Positions 14,554 to 27,057 of a stretch of DNA of 64,000 nucleotides are shown piece after piece (the first letter of the stretch is position 1; the number at the start of each line of letters is the position of its first letter). The notes under the pieces were generated by a model, which was given only the letters and a program-made list of their open reading frames with translations, was not told the DNA's origin and did not search any database. The translations under genes and the position numbers were made by a program. Source of the stretch: Tubiluchus corallicola (taxonomy: Eukaryota > Animalia > Priapulida); contig JAQGDQ010000377.1 in NCBI GenBank assembly GCA_030141605.1, positions 1 through 64,000 on the forward strand, given 5' to 3'.

Positions 14554-16065
14554 ATGAAAAGCAAATTTTCATCCGTGGTGCTGCTTGCGTTGCTGGGATT
14601 TGTGGGATGCGCTCACGATGATGACAATTCTTCCGGGCAGTGCGATGCAGCATCCGGCACTTCGGAGCACTGCCCGGATGATCAGGAACCCAAGCCGGAA
14701 GATCGTGATGGGAAGACTTCACATTTTATGCACGAAAACCAAACCAAAATGCCGCTGGTCAATGATTATCAGTTTCAGAACATAACGAACGATTACGACT
14801 TTAAAATTAAGAAGAAATTGGATTCTGCAAGCGAACGCCTCCAAAACGGTTCTTTAGACGCCGCGTTGAGAGCTTTTCATATCATCATAAAGAATCATCC
14901 AAAAAGTCCCCGTGCTAGATACGGCATTGCACAAGTACTGGACAACATGGCGGAAGAACAGAAAGACAATAAGCTGTTAGAAGAGTGCATTGAAAATTAC
15001 CGGGAAGTTTTGCGAGTTCCCGATGTCCCGGAAAAGCTGTTCAAGGCCGTTGTAACTCGGGCGATTGATCGCATGGTGTTTCGCCGATACTTTAACGATG
15101 CCATGCGTATTGCCGAACTCGGAAAGACCCTCTATCCGCACGACGTGACGTACACGAATCAGATAGGTGTGGTTCTCTTGAATGCAGGTAAACAAGCGGA
15201 AGCAGAACCCGTTTTGCGTGAAAGTCTTGAAACTGATCCGGATAACGGCTTTGCTCATGCTCTCCTGGGATTCATCCTGTTGCATGTGCGCGAAGATTAC
15301 GAGGGTGCTGTCAAGCATCTTAAGCTTGGCATTGAGAGCGGCGAAGAAGGCTCGGATGATCACCGCTTTTACAGCGCTCTCGGAAAGGCGTTAATGTGGC
15401 TGGATCGCAAGCCGGAAGCGTACGGAATCTTCCAGCAGGCCGTTGAAAAAGGTTATATTCCATCCATATATCAGAGATCTCCAAACATATACAATGTTCA
15501 AGGTCTTAAGGCGCAGCCCTGGTGGACGCCGGAGGAACTAAGACAAGTTGAAGCTGTACGATTGATGGAAGAAAACTGGAAAGTGATCAGAGATGAAGCG
15601 GTGGCATCGTTTAACGACGGCAAGTTTTCAAAAGAGCTAGGAGGTCTGACGAAGGAGGGAGATTGGCAAGAGCTATTCCTCTTCGTCCAAGGCCGGAAGG
15701 AGAAGGAGGCATGCGACGTTGTCCCGGAAACTTGCAAAATCTTCGACCAAATTCCCGCATCTGCGCGTTGCAAGCGAGGACAGGTTAAGTTCTCACTAAT
15801 GCAGCCTGGAACCCGGGTCAAGATACATGTAGGACCCACGAATTGTCGCCTGCGTAGTCACTTGGGATTGGTGACGCCGCCCGGTGCCAACCTGCGGCTT
15901 TTGAACGACACGACGACGTGGGAGGAAGGAAAGGTGTTCATTTTTGACGACTCGTTTGAACACGAAGTGTGGCATGATGGCGACAGCTACAGACTCATAC
16001 TTATTGCCGATTTTTGGCACCCAGATCTCACAGAGCGGCAGAAAAAAAGCCTGGCACCTATATGA
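14554..16065 (+). CDS. ASPH: Aspartyl/asparaginyl beta-hydroxylase-like (TPR + 2-oxoglutarate oxygenase), intronless, about 503 aa from ATG 14554
   Basis: TPR repeats, then PWWTP, GDWQEL, CKRGQVKFSLMQPGTRVKIHVGPTNCRLRSHLGL, FDDSFEHEVWHDGDSYRLILIADFWHPDLT and C-terminal SLAPI match animal ASPH (two Fe-binding His, 2OG-binding Arg). The track ORF starts at a TTG; the first ATG (14554) opens a signal peptide. Confidence 0.95.
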   Translation: MKSKFSSVVLLALLGFVGCAHDDDNSSGQCDAASGTSEHCPDDQEPKPEDRDGKTSHFMHENQTKMPLVNDYQFQNITNDYDFKIKKKLDSASERLQNGSLDAALRAFHIIIKNHPKSPRARYGIAQVLDNMAEEQKDNKLLEECIENYREVLRVPDVPEKLFKAVVTRAIDRMVFRRYFNDAMRIAELGKTLYPHDVTYTNQIGVVLLNAGKQAEAEPVLRESLETDPDNGFAHALLGFILLHVREDYEGAVKHLKLGIESGEEGSDDHRFYSALGKALMWLDRKPEAYGIFQQAVEKGYIPSIYQRSPNIYNVQGLKAQPWWTPEELRQVEAVRLMEENWKVIRDEAVASFNDGKFSKELGGLTKEGDWQELFLFVQGRKEKEACDVVPETCKIFDQIPASARCKRGQVKFSLMQPGTRVKIHVGPTNCRLRSHLGLVTPPGANLRLLNDTTTWEEGKVFIFDDSFEHEVWHDGDSYRLILIADFWHPDLTERQKKSLAPI

Positions 16066-16480
16066 GGTTTCGTGTTTTTGTTACCTATCTAAGGTTTTTG
16101 TCACCTGAATGAGGTTTTGTGTTTTTGTCACCTATCTAAGTTTTTTGTCACCTGTATGAGGTTTCATCTTTTTGTCACCTATCCAAGGTTTTTTCACCTG
16201 TATGAGGTTTCGTCTTTTTGTCTCCTATCTAAGGTTTTTGTCACCTGGATGAAGTTTAGTCTTTTTGTCACCTACCTAAGGTTTTTATCACCTAGATGAG
16301 GTTTTGTCTTTTTGTCACCTATCTAAGGTTTTTGACACCTGGGTGAGGTTTAGTCTTTTTGTCACCTTTCTAAGTGGTTTTTGTCTCCTGGATGAAGTTT
16401 TTGCCTTTTTGTCACCGTTGTAAGGTTTTTTTCACTTAGGTGAGGTTTCGTGCTTTATGTGTTTTTCATGTAGGTTTTGT
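16053..16480. repeat. About 47-bp tandem repeat (two related subunits), about 8-9 copies, starting in the last ASPH codons
   Basis: atgagg recurs at 16062, 16109, 16156, 16202. The unit gtcacctgtatgaggttt matches the CDS end ggcacctataTGAggttt. Confidence 0.9.
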
Positions 16481-17554
16481 GCTTTAGTAAATTTTCTGTC
16501 CATCTTTGAAAGTGATCACACGAATGATGGCAGCAATTTTTAATTTCTCTGTAATTTATTTACCTGTCAAGCAACTGTCGGTTTCATGAAATGTTAGTAA
16601 ATACGACTTTTGATATTGTTTCTTTCAACAGTTGATAAGTTAATCGTTACTCAGTTTTTTCGGAAACCAAGTGAACAGCATTTTCTCTTTTCAATGTTTA
16701 CTTTTTACAGAGACTGCAGGACCAACGGCTTAACTATTTGTGGTGTGTTAACACATGTTGACATTAAACAAACCTGGAGCTACTGGCTGAGCATGACAAC
16801 TTGTCATAATTATGAAATCTTCCATTACTTGCAGGTGCTCACGGTCTATCCATGGTCCGGTGCTAAAAATTGCTTGAGATATAGCAATATATTTTGATTT
16901 ATCCATTGTTTGCAAGTTGTAACATAAACTTATTTGCTACGAATTTGTATTTTTCAAAAGTAAAGTGGAGATTATAATTTGTAAAGTGCATAAAATGTCA
17001 AAGATCTCAATTTTTTACTACTTGCTGCATGCTTTTTATACCCTAACTATAATTTGTAAATTTTTTGTGAGTTTGAAATTTTCAATTATATTTTTAGATA
17101 TAGAATGAGCATTACTACAATAATTATATAGTTTAATTGTTGTTTTACGAGATTATATTTAATTGTAAGTTAGTTTAATAGCGAATATACATAGTATATC
17201 TCACTGTAGGATTGTTTGTATAGTGCAATGCTTGTTTAACTGCTTGTTTACCTGCTTGTATGCTTGTTGTTAATTTTTTTTTGATTTTGCACATGCAGTA
17301 TATCTTCTTCTGATGCTGTATGTTCAGGTTTTATTTATTTAATGTTACATATAGATTTTTTAAATTTCGTTGTTTGTTTTTAAATGTTGCTACTGAAATG
17401 CTTGTAGCAAAGCACAATGATTAGTTTTTGGTTCATACTTTCGTGTACATTTATACTATTTTTTATTTACAATTATTATTATTACTCAGTGTGGAGAAAT
17501 TATAACATGTAAACTTAAAACTTAGTTTAGTTTAAAAGAAAATGCGTTATAATA

Positions 17555-17626
17555 CTGGTACGGGAATTGAACCCGCCAGCTACCGGGTGGAAAACGAGCA
17601 CAGTGCCATTGAGCTATACACCCCGG
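17555..17626 (-). mobile_element. tRNA-derived SINE head or tRNA pseudogene
   Basis: Minus strand ggggtgtatagctcaatggcactgtgctcgttttccacccggtagctggcgggttcaattcccgtacc has an A-box (TAGCTCAATGG) and B-box (GGTTCAATTCC) but poorly pairing acceptor and anticodon stems. Confidence 0.6.
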
Positions 17627-17795
17627 TCAAGTAGTACGTCTATTTATTCGTTGTTTTCTATATTTTATCATTTTTTTGGTTTGTTATGTTCATGCAAGTA
17701 CTGTAATTTGTTAGTAATAGTCTCTTGAAGACATTGATTTTTCTTTATCCTTTTATCATTTACATTTTGTCTTTTTCTCATAATGATCAGGTTGT

Positions 17796-18781
17796 TATAC
17801 TTTGTACTTCTTCCACCAGGTGGCAGTGCAATGCTTACTATTTTGTTCATTAGCTAGTAGCGCAATACTTTGTACTTCTTCCACCAGGTGGCAGTGCAAT
17901 GCTTACTATTTTGTTCATTAGCTAGTAGCGCAATACTTTGTACTTCTTCCACCAGGTGGCAGTGCAATGCTTACTATTTTGTTCATTAGCTAGTAGCGCA
18001 ATACTTTGTACTTCTTCCACCAGGTGGCAGTGCAATGCTTACTATTTTGTTCATTAGCTAGTAGCGCAATACTTTGTACTTCTTCCACCAGGTGGCAGTG
18101 CAATGCTTACTATTTTGTTCATTAGCTAGTAGCGCAATACTTTGTACTTCTTCCACCAGGTGGCAGTGCAATGCTTACTATTTTGTTCATTAGCTAGTAG
18201 CGCAATACTTTGTACTTCTTCCACCAGGTGGCAGTGCAATGCTTACTATTTTGTTCATTAGCTAGTAGCGCAATACTTTGTACTTCTTCCACCAGGTGGC
18301 AGTGCAATGCTTACTATTTTGTTCATTAGATAGTAGCGCAATACTTTGTACTTCTTCCACCAGGTGGCAGTGCAATGCTTACTATTTTGTTCATTAGATA
18401 GTAGCGCAATACTTTGTACTTCTTCCACCAGGTGGCAGTGCAATGCTTACTATTTTGTTCATTAGATAATAACACAATACTTTGTACTTCTTCCACCAGG
18501 TGGCAGTGCAATGCTTACTATTTTGTTCATTAGATAGCAGTGCAATACTTTGCACTTCATCCACCAGGTGGCAGTGCAATGCTTACTATTTTGTTCATTA
18601 GATAGTAGTGCAATACTTTGTACTTCTTCCATCAGGTGGCAGTGCAATGCTTACTATTTTGTTCATTAGATAATAACACAATACTTTGTACTCCTTCCGC
18701 CAGGTGGCAGTGCAATGCTTAATAGTTCGTTTTTTGGATAGTAGCACAATACTTTGTACTTTTCTCACTAGATGGCAGCAT
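17796..18781 (+). repeat. 68-bp tandem array, 15 units, each carrying a CTCF-like motif CCACCAGGTGGCAG
   Basis: Motif at 17813+68n for n=0..14; the last three are variants (CCATCAGGTGGCAG, CCGCCAGGTGGCAG, TCACTAGATGGCAG). No unique spacers. Confidence 0.97.
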
Positions 18782-19204
18782 GCGAGAAAGACGCCTAGCA
18801 TTCATTTACAGAAAAATCAAAAAATTCAAAATACAAAATTATGTACACATTAAAATACCAAATTTGTATAATCTTGTGTATTTTATACCGAGAGGTCAGA
18901 TAGTTTGTTTTTGTAAAAAGTGAATACAAATTTTCTAGTTTCGCTAATTCATCTAATTTATCTTAAAGTTGTTGTATTTTATAAAGAGTTGTGATATTTT
19001 TTGCTAAGGTTTTTATATTGTTAGTTGTTTTGATGTTCGAGAATGTGATTAGCTAGTCCTGGCTTAATGCAGGAATAATTCTGTACCAAATTTATTTTGT
19101 GAATTAAAGATCAAAGAAAAACAATAAATTCTTGAATTGTTTACTTTCTTGTTTACTGCTGAATTTAGTGTTAACAAGCCTTTTCACAGTTCCAGCGATT
19201 GATG

Positions 19205-19525
19205 ATGATCGTGGAAAGGTCAAAGGTTAAGTGTACCGGATAACGCATCTGTGTAGACTTGACAACGCCTCTCAGCCCAAGCTACTGTAATATCTAGCTA
19301 TAACCTGACTTAGTTCATTTTTTCTTATTCCCAAGCAAGATTCTGCTAGTAAATCATTCTATGCACAGACTAATGCATAATTAAGTGAAGTCCACAAAAA
19401 ACAACTGATATTACTGAACTGATAAGGCAGAGGCTTTGCTTTACCCACATGTCGTATAGCGGTTGTAGTTGAAACGCGTTGCTGTGGTACTTAACCTTTG
19501 ACCTACAGCAACTGCGTGTGCGCAT
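19205..19525. mobile_element. Dispersed MITE-like repeat with inverted ends (ggtcaaaggttaagt / acttaacctttgacc); other copies near 23195-23525 and 46860-47160 (inverted)
   Basis: Three recognisably homologous copies of about 320 bp in the window. Confidence 0.8.
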
Positions 19526-20785
19526 AGTGAAAGTGTGTAAAGACTCAGTCGCAAAAATAAAAGAGTTTTAATCCGGATGAAAGTTCATATTGTCTTTTAG
19601 TAGATGGCAGCACCTGCAGTGAAAGTGTGAAAAGACTCGGTCGCAAAACCAGAGAGTTTTAATCCGGATGAAAGTTCATATTGTCTTTTAGTAGATGGCA
19701 GCACCTGCCAAATTTAATTCAGGCTACGATGACAAAATTTGATGCGACTGTGACAAAATTTATTATTGAAAAAAACTAGAAAACATTTTTAAAACAACTG
19801 ACAAAATTTATTGATTTTATAAAAATATATTTGCTCATGGAATGAATAGAAGCATCACATTTTTGGAACAAATTATCACATCTTTTAAGGCAACTTGGAA
19901 TTTTCCTGCTCAAATTCTTTGGCATTTACAACAAACTTAAACAATTCTAAACAACAACAAACAGGTTTCAGTAACTTTGAGCTGCCAAAAATAAATTTGT
20001 CAATTTTAACTAAGTTTTATCAATTACTATTATTATTTACTATTATTTAATATTATTATTTAACATCAGCTAGACTATGTATCTTTAGTTCGATAAACAA
20101 TTAATAATAATTACATAATGTTTGTTTCGTTTTGTACAGTATCAAAACAACGGCTAAAAATTTTCTGAAGCACCCCCCCCCCCCCGCCCACTAATTTTAG
20201 CTATGAGCCGCCACTGGTTACATTAAGCAAATCATATTGTTCACAAATTTAGACTTAAAAACCGTCATTGCTAGATTATCACAAACGTGCAATCGTGAGA
20301 AATTTATGTCGCACGCTCGTCTGGAAAAGCACGATAAACATTTGTCATGTAAAAATAATTACTAAAATACATAAATATACTCTGACTACAAAATCAAAAG
20401 TTACTTATATCACAATTATAATAGAAAATTAACCATAGTTACATATGTAATACATTCTTAAAGGAAAGGTTGAGCATTCTGGGATGTTTGGCGTATTTTA
20501 ATGTTTGGGAAAAATGTTAGAAAGATTTAGTAACAAAAGCGTGATAAGCATCTCGTGTAATTAGTAAAATCATTTAAATTCATTTCACACTTGGATGCTC
20601 CCATTTTTAAAGTCCACCATTCCACCGATGATGTCATTCATCGACTGAAGACAAGTAGCGCAATGTCAATTTCCTCGAAACGTGCGTATAATCAGGTTTT
20701 GCACAGAAATATGCGATATTTTTGCACGAACATTATCCGAGCCGCTGAAGTTTGAATTAGTTTAAGCAGCAGGCCTTTACGGAAA

Positions 20786-20928
20786 GCTACAAAGTTCAGC
20801 AGTTACGTCACAAAGCCACAAAGTCCACCAATGACATCACAAAGCTACAAAGTTCAGCAGTTACGTCACAAAGCCACAAAGTCCACCAGTGACATCACAA
20901 AGCTACAAAGTTCAGCAGTTACGTCACG
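20786..20928. repeat. About 58-bp tandem repeat, 2.5 copies
   Basis: agctacaaagttcagcagttacgtcac recurs three times. Confidence 0.85.
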
Positions 20929-21159
20929 GTTTTCAAGTAAATGGAGAATTGCGAATGAAAATTTCTACAGTGGTAGCATAACTTAAGTTTATGCTTCATA
21001 AACAGGTTTTTTGGCAAATTTCTTTGTTATACTTTTCTAAGTTCAAGTGATAAAAGTACCAAACAATCAAACGTGATTTGTCATTTCCTTTGGCTGCCAT
21101 TAATGAGTTTAGTTAAAGGTAAGATAGTATTTTGGTTATTAACAAGTTCATATGTTTAC

Positions 21160-22660
21160 TGCTACAAAGTCTTTGGCACGATACCCAATCTCCCTTTTGG
21201 TTCTTTAAAGCATTTTAGCTGCTGATAAGTTCAAAAGTTGGTTGCAAAAAGAATTTAACAAGATTCCCAATCTCCCATTTGGTTCTCTAGAGCATTTTAC
21301 TTGCTTACAAGTTCAAAAGCTGATTGCAAAAAAAATTTAACAAGATTCCCAATGTCCCTTTTAGTTCTCTAAAGCATTTTAGTTGCTGATAAGTTCAAAG
21401 CTAATTTCAGGAAGAATTGGCAAGATTCCCAATGCCCCTTTTGGTTCTCTAAAGCATTTTAGCTGCTAATAAGTTCAAAAGCTGGTTTCAAGAAGAACTG
21501 GCAAGATTCCCAATGCCCCATTGGGTTCTCTGAAGCATTTTAGTTGCTGATAAGTTCAAAGCTAATTTCAGCAAGAACTTCGTAAGATTCCCAATCTCCC
21601 TTTTGGTTCTCTAAAGCATTTTAGCTGCTAATAAGTTCAAAAGCTGGTTTCAAGAAGAACTGGCAAGATTCCCAATGCCCCATTGGGTTCTCTGAAGCAT
21701 TTTAGTTGCTGATAAGTTCAAAGCTAATTTCAGGAAGAATTGGCAAGATTTCCAATGCCCCATTTGGTTCTCTAAAGCATTTTAGTTGCTAATAAGTTCA
21801 AAAGCTGGTTTCAAGAAGAACCGGCAAGATTCCCAATGCCCCATTGGGTTCTCTGAAGCATTTTAGTTGCTGATAAGTTCAAAGCTAATTTCAGCAAGAA
21901 CTTCGTAAGACTCCCAATCTCCCTTTTGGTTCTCTAAAGCACTTCAGTTGCTAATAAGTTCAAAAGCTGGTTTCAGGAAGAATTGGCAAGATTCCCAATG
22001 CCCCATTTGGTTCTCTGAAGCATTTTAGCTGCTGGTAAGTTCAAAAGCTGGTTTCAAGAAGAACTGGCAAGATTCCCAATGCCCCATTTGGTTCTCTAAA
22101 GCACTTTGGTTGCTAATAAGTTCAAAGCTAATTTCAGCGAGAAGCTAGTAAGATTCCCAATCTCCCATTTGTTCTCTAAAGCACTTTAGCTGCTGATAAG
22201 TTCAAAAGTTGGTTTCAAGAAGAACTGGCAAGATTCCCAATCTCCTATTTGGTTCTCTAAAGCATTTTAGTTTGATAAGTTGAAAAGCTGTTTGCAAGAA
22301 AAACTAGCAATGTTCTTAATTTCCCATTCGGTTCTCTATTGCATTTTACAGGCTTACAAGTTCAAAAGTTGGTTGCAAAGAGAATTTAACAAGATTCCCA
22401 ATCTCCCATTTGGTTCTCTAAAGCATTTCACTTGCTTACAAGTTCAAAAGCTGGTTGCAAAAAAATTAACAAGATTCCCAATCTCCCATTTGGTTCTCTA
22501 AAGCATTTTAGCTGTCAAGTACAAAAAGGTATTCGACAAATCTTTGGCAAGATTCCCATTCTCCCCATTCAGTTCTCTAAAGCATGTCAGTTGCTGACAA
22601 GTTCAAAAGCTGGCTGTAAGAATGTCTTTGGCACAATTCCCAATCTCCCATTCAGTTCTC
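21160..22660. repeat. About 80-bp tandem array (about 18 copies) derived from the SH3 C-terminal codons and stop region of the SKAP-like gene
   Basis: Unit aagttcaaaagctggtttcaagaagaactggcaagattcccaatgccccatttggttctc aligns with the coding sequence aagttcaaaagctggctgtaagaatgtctttggcacaattcccaatctcccattcagttctc (22599-22660). Confidence 0.93.
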
Positions 22661-25007
22661 CCACCCACCAATTGTATTTATCATACTCTTTTCCTATAAT
22701 GTGAATTTCGTCACCTTGTGAGAAACTCAATTCATCCGGGTTATTTGCCCTGCAATCCCACTTAGCATAATAATAATTTTCATAATCAACAGATTGATCA
22801 TTAAAAACTTGCTCACTAGATGGGGCTAGTGGTAATGGCCCACGAGAATTCGCAGCCTGCTTTTCTTCCGCCGGTATTGGTGGCAACTCTCGACGTTGTT
22901 GTTTACCTTTGTTGGCACTAGGCGGCACTGTCGCTGTCACGGCGGCGCTCGAATGCAGGAACGATCCGGAAGAGTTTGCAGAACTAGCATTGGTGTAATA
23001 GATTTCTGGTGGCTCCGCCTGTTGGCTACCAGTGGTACTACAGGAAATGGCATCAGAGTAGAACTCGTCAATTGGCTGTGGTGGTTTAGGAGCAGGGACA
23101 TTGGTTAGCGTCTCGTCATAGTACTGTTGCACCTCCTGGTGGCAAAAAAAGAAAAACAAATATAAGGAAATTTTGCAGTTGAGACAATTGACGTTGATCG
23201 GAAAGGGTCAAAGGTTAAGTGTACCAGGCAACACATTTGTGTACACTTGACAATGTCTCTCAGCCCAGGCTGTTGTAATAGTAACGGTTTTAACAGCTAG
23301 CACCTTACCTAGTTCATTTTTTCTTGTTCCCAAGCAAGATCCGGCTAGTAAATCCCTCTACGCACAGACTAATGCACAATTAAGTAAAGTCCACAAAAAC
23401 AACTGAAATTACTGAACTGATGTTGCAGACGGTTTTGCTTTGCCCACATGTCATGCGACAGTTATAGTTAAGATGCGTTGCTGTGGTCCACTTAACCTTT
23501 GACCTACAGCAACTGTGTGTGCACACAGCGAAACTGAGAAAATGGTTTATTATGGTGATGCAGTTTATTTTGAAGCGCTAATAAATCGATAGAAAGACAA
23601 AAATAAAAAAAATGAACAAAAATAAAAATTGACACTATAGAAACAGTTTTTCCTGTTTTATAACATTTTTAGGGCATTTTAGACATGAATCAATCCTGAA
23701 TGCAAACTATCATATTGATTTCTTTCTGTCATTTAAAACATTGTTTACTGTTGTCATGGAATCCATGTTGTGACTAAGACATCTAGATACTCTGTTTTGT
23801 CATAAAAGTTTACACTTCAGACACTCACATCTACGGTGGTGTCGCAAAAAAAAATTCGCGAAAGGTTTATTACAATAACAATACTGAAATCACAGCGAAA
23901 GCAATCTGTTTATAGAGTTACACTGCCAGAAACTAACGTGTAGGCATTTTCATGATAATAGGTAATCGTTCGACTAGTAATAGAGCATTAAAGTCTGGCT
24001 AATATAAAGGTAACATTAGTTTTCCTGGGAATCACATTGAAAACACCAGTTCTCGTCTGACCACCGAAGTTAAGCAACGTAGAGCCTGGTTAGAGCTTGG
24101 ATGGGTGACCGCCTAGGAATACCAGGTGCTGTAGACTTGCGAGGTGCCTACACTGTATCTCGACACTAGGCGGAGGAGCTGCACAAGGCAGCCAACGGCT
24201 AGAGGGCGGAGGAGGTCAAGTGATCCAACGGCCATGTGTAGAGGAGTAAACCTTCCAAATCAGGAGTGGAGCCCGAAGGCGGACCAGTGCAGCATGGTCA
24301 CTGACTCCGGCAACTCCTGCAGCCAACCTGGTGCCAAACGTACCGCTCAGCTTTCCTTTGGACTACACCAGGGAGGAAGAGAGGGGGTTCCTGTTGTCTA
24401 GGCAACTCAGGATCTCCATACCCCTTGCCCAGGCGTGCGCCCTGGAGACGTTCAAGGATCAGATTGCTCAGCCACAGTCGACACTGCAGCTCCATCAATG
24501 TGATCAATAACTGACTCTCTTGGCGCACATTCCATTGTCTTCCGAGACAGAAGGATGCCAACCAACCAACCAACCAGTTTTCCTGGGGTTAGGATCACTT
24601 GAAGCCAAAGATCTTTCATTCGTAACCACTCAGGTACCAAACAATTACGGAAATTCAATAAATTTGAACTGAAAATTGAAATTGAAAGTGCAATTATGAG
24701 TAATTAGAAAGAAAAATTTGATTTCCTGCTTGTAAAGGGTGGAAATTTTCCGAGAAATTTGATACTTTAAAGTAGGAGAAGTGCTGAATGTCAAAGGTTC
24801 CTAATTTACCCACTTTTTAGTAAATAAAACCAAAAAAAACTTGAATAGAAAGAGATATCTTGACCACTGTCATGCCTTTAATAATTGCCAAAAAGAGAAA
24901 CGATCAAATGTAACTCTTTCATATATATTTTACATATTTACATATGCAAAACAACAGTAAAAACAAACAAACAAACAATATTAAATAGTTTAATCATTTA
25001 CATAAAC

Positions 25008-25061
<54 letters not shown>

Positions 25062-27019
25062 TAGGTTAAGTACAAGCTTAAGGTCAAGTAGGTCAAGGTC
25101 AAAACTACCTATCAATGTGGCTTCGACAACAGTTTGAAATCATAACTGTCTTACACTTGTAACAGAACGTGACACTGCTAATGTGTTATTTTTCTTGAGG
25201 ACAGATATGTCTACCAAAGTCATTCATAAGTCGGCATAGTTAAAACAATGTTATGTTGCTGCAAAGTAGAATGACAAAAAATTTGGTCAAATGTCAATTT
25301 TTTGTATTTTATAAAAACCAACGCTGAATACATTGGTCTTTCATATTCTAGCATCAAAATGTCAAGAAAGTGTTCAAAACTACTAAAAACTTAATTTTAT
25401 AACCCCGTACCCATTTTTCTGCCTAGAAACTAGTACTGCAATTGTAAAAAAATCACTATTTACAAACTCTAATAGTGGCTTGTGGAAGCAGTCATTTTGC
25501 TTCCGGGTTTTTCTGTGACCAAGCCCAGATCTTCGTCAGGAAGAGCCATCTACTGGATTTAAACATAACTTTAATGTGTTCTTGCAAAGTCTGTAGCAAC
25601 CAACATTTGTGCGGTTGCTAAGTGTTTTGTAAGAAATGCAGCAAAAAAACAATGGCTGACTTTAACAACGATTTTCTCATATCCTGCACCTGAATTTCAA
25701 CATGGATTATCTCAGCTTAGGAATAACATAGAGTGATCAACTTGGTATTAAAATGATCCTTATGAAATGAAGATTCAGGATATTTGAATAATTAGAAAAA
25801 ATTAATTGCAAAATTATGGATGTCATTGCCATGCAATCACACATTGTAGAAGCTGTTTGCATCAATTTCTGCTTTAATGAATGTCATAATACGTTTCTAT
25901 TTTTTTACTTTGATTTTGTTTCAGAAAGCGCTCACTAGATGACTCTGACACAAGCCAAAATGACAAAATATCACGCTAGCTTACAAGCAATATTGGCTGG
26001 TAATGATTTCAGATACCTTAATTCTCTGGAGTTCAATTTAATAAACTTTTTTACCATTTCTTATCATCATCAGTATTATTAATTTTATTTACTAAAACAT
26101 TCTGGCAAATGATGAAATAATTCTTTAACAGTACAATCCTTATAAGTTACAATATATTTTTAATGTAAGCTCTGTGAAATACTTATAAAAGTCTATGCAA
26201 AAATTGTCATTTAGTATTATTTCTACTGTATTTGAGTATGAGCACCTTAAACTATAATGATCATTAACCTTAAATTAAAATGATCCTTATAAAAAGGAGA
26301 TTCAGGGTATGTTAAAAATTAGAAAAACTCAACTGCCAACTTGTGAACAATTTTGCTATGCAAGCACATCATTCTTTTAATTAGAATTCTGCTTGCTCAA
26401 CGACACTACGAAGTCAATGTTAATCACCAAATCAGATTTCAAGATAGAAAATTCCATCAACAAGTTCTTAACAGAATGGAATGGAAAACAGAAATAAAGT
26501 TTTCATCCTCCCGTTAAGCCAAGTTCGTTATCTCAGCATCAGTGATCCACAACGAATAATAACGAATACTGGCACTTACAGAAGGAGCAGTTGGCGTTAT
26601 GTACATTCCAAGATATTCGCTGTCAGAAGATGGCGGTGACAACAACGGCGGTTTCAGTGTCGCGTTACTGGTGTCAGGTATCGTCTCTGCACCGCCTCCG
26701 CTACCGTTAGCTGTAACAAAGAACAAAAAAGATGGGAAAACGAAAATAAAGAACGCGTCGTTCTGATATCATCTGAGACGCAGAGCTAAATTTTCATTGT
26801 ATCAGTTACATTGTCACATTAACCCTTTCACTACGTAGTTGCTTCTAAACAAGACCGCAGTGGTTATTGGACATTTGACAATAACTTCTTGTGGTGTGTT
26901 ACTAAAACAGAATCTTGTAAATAAATAAATAGCCATTTGTTAATAAACACTGATATTGAATATTCTTTTTCTTTATGCTGTTGCACACACATCTGTGCAC
27001 ACATATATACCCTCATGCA

Positions 27020-27057
<38 letters not shown>

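Noticed and set aside
14554-14620. Bacterial lipobox (FVGC) or horizontal origin of the intronless ASPH
   Set aside because: The TPR plus oxygenase sequence and the C-terminus are of the animal ASPH type; retroposition is the simpler explanation.
17555-17626. Functional tRNA (Gly-like)
   Set aside because: A and B boxes are present but the acceptor and anticodon stems do not pair properly.
17796-18781. CRISPR-like regular array
   Set aside because: Units are contiguous and near identical with no unique spacers, there are no cas genes, and the context is eukaryotic. The same applies to the 67-bp and 72-bp arrays.
24033-24138. Functional 5S rRNA gene
   Set aside because: About 13 nt are missing at the 5' end, there is no T-run terminator, and it lies inside a TSD-flanked element.
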